A stretch of 64,000 nucleotides of DNA, from positions 2,976,001-3,040,000 of the forward strand of contig NC_088854.1 of the NCBI RefSeq assembly GCF_963853765.1, written 5' to 3'. The position numbers and the translations under genes were made by a program. Every line of letters begins with the position of its first letter. Position 1 is the first letter of the stretch. Positions 11,001 to 20,800 of this stretch are shown here, in pieces. The notes below the pieces were generated by a model. That model was not told where the DNA came from. It worked only from the letters and a program-made list of their open reading frames with translations, and did no database searches. Source of the stretch: Magallana gigas. Lineage: Eukaryota.

Positions 11001-14000
11001 GGCAACAACGGTATCAACAGAGGAAGTTCGGGCCACCACGCCGCGGATACATGCAGTCCCAAGAGCCCCAAATATATCAAGTGAAATACTCGTTTTAGAG
11101 AAGGAGCTCCAGACCTTAGAACTACATAAACGAAAGATGCAACTTCTTCAGAATATTGATGCTTGCAAACAGACTATAGCGGCAATGCAAGAGAAAGACA
11201 GCCCTGGCCAAAGCCCAAGTACAACTCGCGCACCTAAGAATCATGCGACTGCTTCTGGAGTTGAGCCTACACCGAATGTACAACCCCTGCAAGGTACGGT
11301 TGACCTCAGTAATCTTATGAACTTGTTCCCCTCTCATGTTTCTACTGCATTTACACAATGCCCATCCAGTAATAAAGGGAAAGTAAGACTCGTTCATAAC
11401 TACGTTTGGCTTGACCCCATTATGCAACAAGAGAAGGATGATCTTCTCACTCTTACCAACACTGGAGTGAAGATTAACAAAAAGCTTGATCGTGACTATT
11501 ATAAACTGTCCATTGAACAGTGGGGCTATGGTAATGCTGCCATTATGCAGGAAATGATCATTAATCAGGAACTGGATGACCAGGGAGTGCGCGACTACCT
11601 GGAGTATACCAAGTACATTAATCGCTTATTCAACAAGTATGTCAAAGGTAGTGTCCTACTCTTTGACCGTGAGTACAGAGAATTGCAATTCAAGGAAAAG
11701 TTTCGATGGGGTGTATCTCGTCCTCACCTTCAGGATTTTCAACTGATCTCTAAACCCAACAGCCTTACCATGCAGACCCTGCAAGGATCATTGGGAACAA
11801 ACGCTAAGAAGGAGGGTACCTCCAAGCAGAAAGGAAGTCGACGTGGTCCATTCACACCTGACAGCAAAGAGATTTGCAGGAAATTTAATATGGAAACATG
11901 TGACTTTACCAACTGTAAATTGCAACATTGTTGTTTTGTTTGTTATTCACAAACTCATAATGCTCTGTCTCACCCAAAAAACTAGGGAATGGGACAGGTT
12001 ACTGCTCTGACTCCTCCTCAGGGTTAAAGTATTCTGTTTGGGAATTTTATTTACAAGATGATTTTGATCGCAACTTCTTATGTGAGGGGATAAAAGAGGG
12101 TTTTAGAATTATTGATGAGGGAGCTGAGCAGCGACTTGTCCCATGTGAAGTTGATAATTATCAGTCATGTTTTCAAAATGCAGAACAAGTTGAGAAACAG
12201 ATACTGTATGAATTGTCAAATGGAAATTATGTGGCTACTTGTGTCAAACCTACTATTGTTAGTGCCTTAGGAGCTATCCCTAAATCACATTCTAAGGTTA
12301 GGCTTATCCATGATGCTAGTCGCCCGTTGCATATGTCTATTAATGATTATGTACAGTCGGATACTTCATGTTCATACATGGATTTACGTGTTGTTAGTAA
12401 GCTCATTAGTGAAGGTTGTTATCTTGCAAAGATAGATCTACAGTCTGCTTATAGATCAGTCCCCATTCACCCTTCTAACTATTGGGCTACTGGGTTAAAA
12501 TGGCAGTTTGTAAATGCTACGTCGCCAACATATTTGTATGACACTAAGCTTCCCTTTGGCGCTGCTAAAAGCCCTCAAATTTTTCAACGGCTTAGTAGTG
12601 CAGTCTGTAGAATTTTAAAGAAAGTGTATGGTTATACTGCAATTGCTTATCTTGATGATTTTTTGATTTTTGGGAAAAACTATTATGAATGTTCAAGAGC
12701 AATGTATACCCTTCTTAGCCTACTTAGAGAGCTAGGTTTTGCTATTAACTGGTCCAAGGTTGAAGGTCCTTCCCAGCAGCTGGTATTCCTGGGGGTGGTT
12801 GTAGATTCAGTGACAATGACTCTATCCTTGCCATCATCAAAGCTACAAGATTTCAACAATTTACTGGGAACTTTTTCTCGGAGAAAGCGAGCTAGTGTTA
12901 GACAGTTAGAAACACTTATTGGAAAGCTCAATTGGGCCTCTCAAGTGATCTGTGGTGGTCGTACCTTTCTCCGTCGAGTTTTGGATTTGAAGAATGCTGT
13001 GACTGAGAGACATCATAAAGTGTTGCTCACTGAGGATTTCTTTGCAGACCTTCAGTGGTGGATATCATTTATGTCGATATTCAATGGCACGTGTCGTATA
13101 CAGGATCCACGCCCCATCACCTCGCTCCAGACGGATGCTTCTTCTGAGGGAGGTGGAGGATACTACAATGGAGACTACTTCTACATTAATTGGCCATTAG
13201 ATCTACCAGCTTGTGCCATGGCCCATATTAATGTTAAAGAATTTATCGCTATTTTCTTGTCTGTGTGTAGGTGGGGTAAATACTTTGTGAATAGTAAAGT
13301 GATCATACATAGTGATAATTCTTCTGCCGTGTCGTGGATTAACAAAGGAACTTCCAGGATTCCCATTGTACAGTTCATGTGCCGCATTCTGTTCTGGATA
13401 TCTGCCCTGTATAATTGTGTTATCAGTGCTAAATACTTACCAGGCAAACAAAACAACATTGGGGATGCATGTTCCCGTCTCCATGAGCCGGGTCAACTTA
13501 CAAAACTGTATTCCTTAGTGCCTTCCCTGCAACACGATAACTTTTCTATTGCAACATTGTTGTCTCATATGTCATTACCTTTTATCTTTGCCTGGTGGAT
13601 TCACTGTTCAGTCCCTACAAGACCAAGCATCTGCTTTGAAAAGAAAGGCACGGGCTAACTCAACAACTTCCACTTATCGCACTCATATGAAGACTTACCT
13701 GGATTTTTGTGACCATATCAGTGTGCCCCCACTACCAGCAACTTCAAAAACATTACAGTTATATGCGACTTACTTGGCCAAAGTGAAGTGTTTCAAATTT
13801 TGTTCAATTCAGCAATACTTGAATATTATACCACACATGCACAAACTTTGTGATCTATCAGACCCTATTCCAGAGGATTACCAGTTGAAATATTTGCTCA
13901 TGGGTATTAAGCGAGAATTGGGTACCGCCCAATTTCCTGTCGATTCGATAACACCATCACATCTTCTCCGGATGAGATCTTTCCTTGACTTTTCATCAGT

Positions 14001-17000
14001 TGAAGACTCGGGCTTTTGGTGTGCTTGTTTAATAGCCTTTTATGGTCTGCTTCGTCCAGGCACAATTGCAATTACAGGACCTTTTGAGGCATCAAAACAT
14101 GTCAGAAGAGTTGATTTGATGCCCTGTTCATGGGGCTACCTACTTTGCTTACGACATACAAAGACAATTCAGTTTCGAGAAAGAGAGCTTAATGTTATCC
14201 TTCCTCAAGTTACTGGGGAAATGTGTCCGGCATCAGCCCTGCAGGCTTACCTTCATCTTACAAGAGGAGCAGATCTTTTTGGGCCTCTTCTTCTCTCAGG
14301 AAAAGGTTCCGTTTTTACCTACAGCATTTTCCGCCAAAAGCTACATTCCATACTTGTACAAGCAGGAATTGATGACAGTAACATCAAGGGTCATTCTTTT
14401 CGACGTGGTGGAGCCACCTGGTTAAGTCGGATTGGTGTGCCGGTGGATCAGATCAAAGCGATTGGATACTGGTCGAGTGATGCAGTGCTAAGATACATTG
14501 ACCCTCACTTTTCAAGTTTACTAGATACCATGGTCCTCTTTGGTAAATCACTTCCCAATGCTAAATAGACTAGTAATTTTGTTACTTATAACCTTCCAAT
14601 TCAAGATATGTTACAAATCAGTTTTCTTATCTTCCCCACAAAGGACTAAGTGCGGTTTTATGCATATTTTGCCCCCAAAATCAAAGTTTTAGATAGGGCT
14701 TTAAAAATAAGGTGAAAGATAGTTAAAATCATATTAGAAATAAAGGTGTAAAAGGTTATCCCCACAGTGACGTCATAAAGTAGAAATGACGTCATGAAAA
14801 TTGCATTATTTTGATAAATTGATGTTTTTTTTAGCAAATTATGGGTGTTTTCCGATGGTTTTTCGACTGGGAAACATCGAGCGCAGGCTTGCTCAAGTAC
14901 CATTTTTTAGTATAATGTGTATAACTATCTGAAGAAAAAAATATGTTAAAATCGCACTTGAGCAGACCTGCGCTCTATACTTCCGAATGCAAAATATAGA
15001 GCAAAATTGAGAATATTTTCATTTTTTTGTAAATTTGCGGGAAATAGATCATTTTGGTGACGTCATAGATAAATATTGAATGAGCAATGATGACTAAAAT
15101 CAAGATTAAAGTTATAGGCATCCTCCATACAATGATTTGTGAAGATTTTATTTTTATACGATACTATTTAAAAACTGGTTGAAATCGGGGGCAGATATTT
15201 GACCATACTGCACATAGTCCTTTTGGGATTGGGGGTTTTTGTAACTATTATTTTTCTCATATTCTTTAATCATGTTTTACGTGTATATGCGTTTGATGTA
15301 TTTTTTGTCAATAAATTTCACGCCACTTTGATTACTTGTTCTATTGGTAAGAGGACTTGAGTCAAATACATCTATTAAATTCACAACCAATCAAATCAAA
15401 TTTTGCTGCCTTCAAAATTTTTTTTAAACAATTTCTAATCAAAAATACACGCAGAATAAACACTAAAGTAAAAACATAGTTTTTAGTAAGAGACCACACA
15501 ATAGTGAATACTGACCATACAGTTGCTTGGTTTCCAGGATGTTGTCTGAATCTCGTCCCCATGGCATTTCATCATCGTGGCAACCAACAGGCATCCCATT
15601 ATAACCAATTCCAACAATTTTATTCTCTTCATTTACAATGCATGCTCCAACCTATTATATCCAAGAACAGAATGTTCACTCTATGGAGTTGATTTATCTT
15701 CCAAAAACATTAAGCTAATTTATTAAGCTTTACCCCATTGTGTTATAATACTACATGTGCCAGTTGTAATTGTATCTAGTCCTTATAAAAAAATAAATTT
15801 CACAAACTTTTGTATGGCTTATAAGATGTTTGTAAATCACCTGTGTTCGTGGGTCTTTACTTCTTTGTGCCGATAGAAATGCTGTTGCCATAAAATAGTC
15901 CGGCCAATGAAGATAATTATCGCGCTTCTTACTGAAAATGAGAACAGAGGACTGATGATATGATGTTATCCGGATACTTGACTTTTCTCCTGTTTAATTT
16001 TAGTATAAAAAGATTAAACATAGTGTAAAAAAATATTAATTAAACATAGTAAGATAAAGTTTAAGATTACAAAGCTGACCTTGACCTCGTATTTAATTGA
16101 AAACATGCCCCATATCTTTTTTTTTCAATCTACATTTTCTTAATACACCTACATTCATAATTGCATGTCTATAATAGATGGATTTCAATTTTTTCTCTCA
16201 AGCCATGTTCACTTTTAATACTGACATTCTTTTCTCTATCTTGTATTCTTTTTTTGGTGGGGGTGGGGTTACCACAAATTAGATGGGCTCATGCTGCCAA
16301 TTACATATTTGTTGCTTTTTGCGATTTTTCAGAATTAATTCTGACAGTTTTTGTAAAATGTACTGACACCCAGATTTCATTGAAAATCAGTTGCCAGTGG
16401 ATATCAGCCTGAACAGTTCAGTGGACATTGGCCTCAGTAGCTCAGATATCAGCCTGAACAGTTCAGTGAATATAGGCCTCAGTAGCTCAGATATCAGCCT
16501 GAACAGTTCAGTGAATATAGGCCTCAGTAGCTTAGATATCAGCCTGAACAGTTCAGTGGACATTGGCCTCAGTAGCTCAGATATCAGCCTGAACAGTTCA
16601 GTGGACATTGGCCTCAGTAGCTCAGATATCAGTCTGAACAGTTCAGTGAATATAGGCCTCAGTAGCACAGATATCAGCCTGAACAGTTCAGTGGATATAG
16701 GCCTCAGTAGCTCAGATATCAGCCTGAACAGTTCAGTGGATATAGGCCTCAGTAGCTCAGATATCAGCCTGAACAGTTCAGTGAATATAGGCCTCAGTAG
16801 CACAGATATCAGCCTGAACAGTTCAGTGAATATAGGCCTCAGTAGCACAGATATCAGCCTGAACAGTTCAGTGAATATAGGCCTCAGTAGCTCAGATATC
16901 AGCCTGAATAGTTCAGTGGATATTGGCCTATCGTTAAAATGACACATAGCCTGTTCACAGTGTAAGATTATTCTTTCTACACCCAATTGAGCACTGAACA

Positions 17001-17270
17001 GCTGATATAATAGATACTTTGTGGTAAGATTTTTTTCTGACACTGTATAATTATATCGCACTATTGATGAATATAAAATCTTTCTTGTTTACTGTGTCTT
17101 GTTGACGTCAAAATATTGACAATTTCAATTCATCCTATTGGTATTTTTTTCCAAAATTCAAGAAGTATAATAATTCTTCTTTTTGAAATTATGAAAACTT
17201 ACTTGAGTTTAGGTGGTTCTTTCTCTGATAATGAACAGTCTTTTATACTCATTATAGCATCCGTAGCCAT
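8036..17270 (-). CDS. DCTD: Deoxycytidylate (dCMP) deaminase, 5 coding exons, 205 aa
   Basis: Exons 17203-17270, 15841-15931, 15516-15651, 8498-8711 and 8036-8144 total 618 nt with all phases consistent. Protein motifs: [43 protein letters not shown].., VCHAELNA (zinc HAE) and [10 protein letters not shown] (PCxxC). Confidence 0.96.
9172..10683. mobile_element. Probable MITE with GTAATC/GATTAC-rich subterminal regions, interrupted by a second element
   Basis: Short terminal inverted repeat TAGGGCA / TGCCCTA. Dense GTAATC repeats at 9197-9330 and 10520-10610. No TSD confirmed. Confidence 0.45.
9491..10468. mobile_element. Non-autonomous DNA transposon with long imperfect TIRs
   Basis: CGCGGCTATGTTAAGGCTGCCCGA (~9528-9551) is inverted with TCGGACAGCCTTAACATAGCCGCG (10391-10414). 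Weaker similarity extends outward to about 9491 and 10468, so the ends are approximate. Confidence 0.6.
10873..11985 (+). CDS. DIRS/Ngaro ORF1, gag-like protein (370 aa from ATG 10873)
   Basis: Coiled-coil N-terminal region, W..YDR.FR-like segment ([12 protein letters not shown]...FRW) and a C-terminal CCCH/CxxC zinc knuckle ([24 protein letters not shown]...H), as typical of DIRS ORF1. Confidence 0.8.
   Translation: MQEGHPYDLRSRDRAVLDFIRSCDDSSDEMSDSHAELEASGGLATTVSTEEVRATTPRIHAVPRAPNISSEILVLEKELQTLELHKRKMQLLQNIDACKQTIAAMQEKDSPGQSPSTTRAPKNHATASGVEPTPNVQPLQGTVDLSNLMNLFPSHVSTAFTQCPSSNKGKVRLVHNYVWLDPIMQQEKDDLLTLTNTGVKINKKLDRDYYKLSIEQWGYGNAAIMQEMIINQELDDQGVRDYLEYTKYINRLFNKYVKGSVLLFDREYRELQFKEKFRWGVSRPHLQDFQLISKPNSLTMQTLQGSLGTNAKKEGTSKQKGSRRGPFTPDSKEICRKFNMETCDFTNCKLQHCCFVCYSQTHNALSHPKN
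11961..13658 (+). CDS. DIRS/Ngaro ORF2, reverse transcriptase-RNase H; frame open from 11961 with no nearby ATG
   Basis: RT motifs: [52 protein letters not shown]. RNase H motifs: [26 protein letters not shown]. Confidence 0.92.
   Translation, partial: CSVSPKKLGNGTGYCSDSSSGLKYSVWEFYLQDDFDRNFLCEGIKEGFRIIDEGAEQRLVPCEVDNYQSCFQNAEQVEKQILYELSNGNYVATCVKPTIVSALGAIPKSHSKVRLIHDASRPLHMSINDYVQSDTSCSYMDLRVVSKLISEGCYLAKIDLQSAYRSVPIHPSNYWATGLKWQFVNATSPTYLYDTKLPFGAAKSPQIFQRLSSAVCRILKKVYGYTAIAYLDDFLIFGKNYYECSRAMYTLLSLLRELGFAINWSKVEGPSQQLVFLGVVVDSVTMTLSLPSSKLQDFNNLLGTFSRRKRASVRQLETLIGKLNWASQVICGGRTFLRRVLDLKNAVTERHHKVLLTEDFFADLQWWISFMSIFNGTCRIQDPRPITSLQTDASSEGGGGYYNGDYFYINWPLDLPACAMAHINVKEFIAIFLSVCRWGKYFVNSKVIIHSDNSSAVSWINKGTSRIPIVQFMCRILFWISALYNCVISAKYLPGKQNNIGDACSRLHEPGQLTKLYSLVPSLQHDNFSIATLLSHMSLPFIFAWWIHCSVPTRPSICFEKKGTG
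13519..14568 (+). CDS. DIRS/Ngaro ORF3, tyrosine recombinase (phage-integrase fold)
   Basis: Catalytic R (FYGLLRPG), K (HTKTIQF), HxxR ([10 protein letters not shown]), W and Y ([12 protein letters not shown]). Overlaps the end of ORF2. First ATG at 13687. Confidence 0.92.
   Translation, partial: CLPCNTITFLLQHCCLICHYLLSLPGGFTVQSLQDQASALKRKARANSTTSTYRTHMKTYLDFCDHISVPPLPATSKTLQLYATYLAKVKCFKFCSIQQYLNIIPHMHKLCDLSDPIPEDYQLKYLLMGIKRELGTAQFPVDSITPSHLLRMRSFLDFSSVEDSGFWCACLIAFYGLLRPGTIAITGPFEASKHVRRVDLMPCSWGYLLCLRHTKTIQFRERELNVILPQVTGEMCPASALQAYLHLTRGADLFGPLLLSGKGSVFTYSIFRQKLHSILVQAGIDDSNIKGHSFRRGGATWLSRIGVPVDQIKAIGYWSSDAVLRYIDPHFSSLLDTMVLFGKSLPNAK
14641..15222. mobile_element. ~580 bp MITE (Kolobok-like termini) inserted in the 3' region of the DIRS element
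   Basis: Inverted termini AAGGACTAAGTGCGGT / ACTGCACATAGTCCTT and internal TGACGTCA motifs. Superfamily assignment is tentative because no TTAA TSD is preserved. Confidence 0.6.
16400..16930. repeat. 45-bp minisatellite, about 12 copies, in DCTD intron 1
   Basis: Unit GATATCAGCCTGAACAGTTCAGTG[G/A]A[C/T]AT[T/A]GGCCTCAGTAGCTCA. It accounts for the repetitive ORFs 16391-16942 (+) and 16387-17061 (-). Confidence 0.95.
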
Positions 17271-17848
17271 TTGTCCCGTTTCAGTTTACGCGCCAACAAT
17301 CGGCGAATCAAGTGAATTATAACTGTATTAGTTGCATCCTATGGGTATTATCTGAGGTGTACCGAGTGAACGCGCCAAATGCATGAAACGGATGCAACGA
17401 TTTACCCAAAACAGACAGGGAAAGGAAGATACTTTTGAAATAGAAAGGGAAAAGAACTGTTTTAAAATTAAATTTGTGAACATAAGTGTTATTTGTTGGG
17501 GTTTTTTTTAAAGAAAACATTATAATTTGTTTATCCTTTTGACATAATTTAAAAGTTTGATTATAATTTATTTTAAAACCAATTTTGTGTTTATTTACGT
17601 ATGTCCTAAATCAAGTTCATTTTCACAATAAATTTAATTTTTTCCCTCTGCGTTGTGCTGATATTTTCAGAGACATAAATAACATATATAATGTCTCTGA
17701 TTTCATCATGTTCATATAATTAATATACCCGGATATATTTGACTTATGTCGGTTCTAAATTTATTTTGGCTTCTTTCTTCTACTTCCGGTTAAAGTTGGA
17801 ACAGAAACTGAGAAAGATCATTTGTACAGTTTTAAGTGCATCAAGAAA
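17271..17848. promoter_or_regulatory. Putative bidirectional promoter between DCTD and IK
   Basis: Start codons diverge 578 bp apart. An ETS-like ACTTCCGGT motif lies at about 17782-17790. Inferred from gene geometry only. Confidence 0.55.
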
Positions 17849-20800
17849 ATGCCTGAACGTAAGTGCTTCGGCTTTTGAAACATGGTATTTTTGCATGCCT
17901 TTGTTAGTTCTAAGATAATTTTATTTGTTTTTACCTTCATCATATCAGTTGAAATCATTTTGATAACAGACCGATTGATAATCGAAGTAATCAAGTAGTG
18001 TTGATGTTTTATACAATATTTATTGTTTCAATAAAAGAAATGAATCTACGGAGAAAGAAATAACACATGGGGGTAATATATCCATTTTATTGATAATTTT
18101 ACGTTAAAAGTATGACGTATTTTTTTTGATCTTTTTTGACATTTTGAGAGAAATATGTCCTTCATTCCACTACTTGCATAAAGATTTTTCCTGCAAATAG
18201 CAAGTTTGTGGTCAATCACTTTACAGTGATATCCTATTTTCTCTTATTAAGAACAATAACATGCAAGATATCTATTGACCCAAATCAAACATTGTAAGTG
18301 AGACAGACATTATGGGATAAATTGATTTTGAAATGTTGATACATGTGAATATTTGTTCTCTATTCTTGTGCTCATAGGTTTAACTACCATTTGGTAATAC
18401 ATTCATATGGTACCCCAATTTTATCAACCAGATAGGAATCGATCATATGAAGTATAGGAGAGCATGATTGTGTGTTTTATTTTAAGGTGGTGAAACCGAG
18501 GTGTTCTCAAATCCACTGCCTCCACAGAATTTTGAGGATTTTGGAGAAGATGATGAAGGGTATGACACTGTTATATTAATAAAATACCCAAACACAAGTA
18601 GAGCTAATACATGAAGAAATTTCCCAAACACAATCATTTGTTAGAAACTTAACAACAAGTAGAGCTAATTCATTTAGAAAAAATAATTGCCGTAAAAAGA
18701 TATCAAATAATACATAATCAGAGGCAATATTTTGTAGGCAACATCTTACCAATGAGGATTTCCGTAAGATGCTTATGACCCCCCGGGTCTCTTCTTCGGG
18801 TTCAGCGTCCTCCTCTACAGTTCATCACGGAACAAAGCCAACAGTGACACAACACAAGAAACCTGTGTAAGACACACGATGATGATGTTAAATCAATGCC
18901 CAAAGTTATTCCCTGAAGTTGTCAATATTCTCATAGAACGATAAAGGCATTCTTAAATAAATTCAAATTGTCAAGGTTAATTTTACTTGATCAATTCTTT
19001 TATCAGAGTGCCATTACCAGAAGAAGATGAAGATGATCCGGCAACAAGAAGGAGAAAAAAGAAAATGTAATACAAGAACTACTGTGTCTATCTAGTCATA
19101 AAACAAGTCCTTTGTAATACTTTATAGACAGCATCTATCTAATCATAAAACAAGTTCATTGCATTACTTTATTATGTATGAATATAGGATCGTAGTATAG
19201 GTGGAAATTATTTTGTTTTCTTGAAATGACTGAGGTATTTTGATATTAATTTTTTTTCAATTGCTCAAAACAAAACAATATTGTTATAACACTTATTTTT
19301 TTATGAACATATATTCTACATCTATATCTTATATATACAATGTAAGTAAAAGTTTGCAATCATAGTATTTCTATAATTAAAGTTACTATGCCAAGCTTAA
19401 GCGACTTGAAGAAGAGAGACAGAAAGAACTTGAGTCAAAATACAGAGACAGGGTAAGTGCTCCAAAAAAATCAGCTAAGGGGTTGGGGGTTATTTCAGTT
19501 ACCTTCCATTTCTCTATGACAAAATTATGTACTAAACTGAAGGATTTCAATTACTGCAGAAAAAATAAAACAACTCTTGAAGAACTATTGATAAAAGTTT
19601 TTTCCTGAAAACATTACTTCAGTGTATTTGACAAATTCTTCATCTCTTAAAACATTTTGGTTGGAAAAGGGTTTTTGGTTTCATGTTAATTACCGGTAGT
19701 TATTTCAATGAAGAATTAATACAATACAAAAAAAGTTTTTAAAGCATTCTCACAGTACATCATGATCAGTAACATACAATATGTACATGTACATGATTGA
19801 TTCAAATGTTTAAAAAGTTTTTGCTTTTGATTATTTGTAATGGAATGACTGATTATGAATTGTAATGACAGGCCAGGGAGAGACGAGATGGTGTCAATAA
19901 GGATTATGCAGAGACAGAGATTATCAGCACCACTGCAGATTATCGAGCTGTGGCTCCAGATGTAAAGGCGTAAGTCACACATCACTTGTTCTTGTATGAT
20001 ACAGCAACAGTCAAGTCCTTAACGAAACTTGGCTTGTATCATAGAAACAGAAATCTTTTTTGGGCAAACAATTATTTTGTTCTAAGATATTTCATAGTGA
20101 TTTAATTTTGTTACATAATTCACACACCAAACATATGACAGAAGTCAACATTTCACTCTAGATTAAATTTTGGATTTTTCTCATGAAGTAAATCTCATCC
20201 TCAGCAAACATTCTGCCTTGACAGTGTTCCTTTTGAATTGTTAATTGAGGTAAAGTTTGTTAAGGTTGAGAAATGACATACATTGTGGTACATGTATTGA
20301 TATTAAAGGGGAGACAACTACGCCGAGAAACGTAAGCAGCTGATCCAGGAGTCCAAGTACCTGGGAGGTGACATGGAGCATACTCACTTGGTCAAAGGTC
20401 TGGACTTCGCCCTGTTGGAGAAGGTCTGTATGGCAAAAAGCATTTATTCATAACAAGTACACATCGATATTTGGCTGTTTTGTCATGAAAGATAAAGCTC
20501 TGACCATTCTTGGGTTTGGTTGAAGGTGAGAGCAGAAATCAGCTACAAGGAGCGTGAGGAAGAGGAGATAATGGAGGAGGTGGTCACCCAGAAGAAGTAA
20601 GATACCCGTATAAATGAATGAGTTATATTGTAACACTGGTAAAGATACCGATAAAGAGCTTAATGAAGCATCAAACATTATTTCTCATCACTTTATCCCA
20701 AAAATGCCAAACTGGTCTATCAAAATAATCACATTTTAATTCTTGAAGATAAACATAAAATATTTAGGTTGCCTTTGTAATATTTATTGTTTTTTTTTTT

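Larger units (their letters stand above)
10745..15360 (+). mobile_element. DIRS-order tyrosine-recombinase retrotransposon (Ngaro-like, no methyltransferase), antisense in DCTD intron 3
   Basis: Three overlapping uninterrupted ORFs: gag-like, RT-RNase H and tyrosine recombinase. No MT domain follows RNase H. Boundaries are approximate because the split direct repeats could not be located, and a MITE interrupts the 3' region. Confidence 0.9.
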
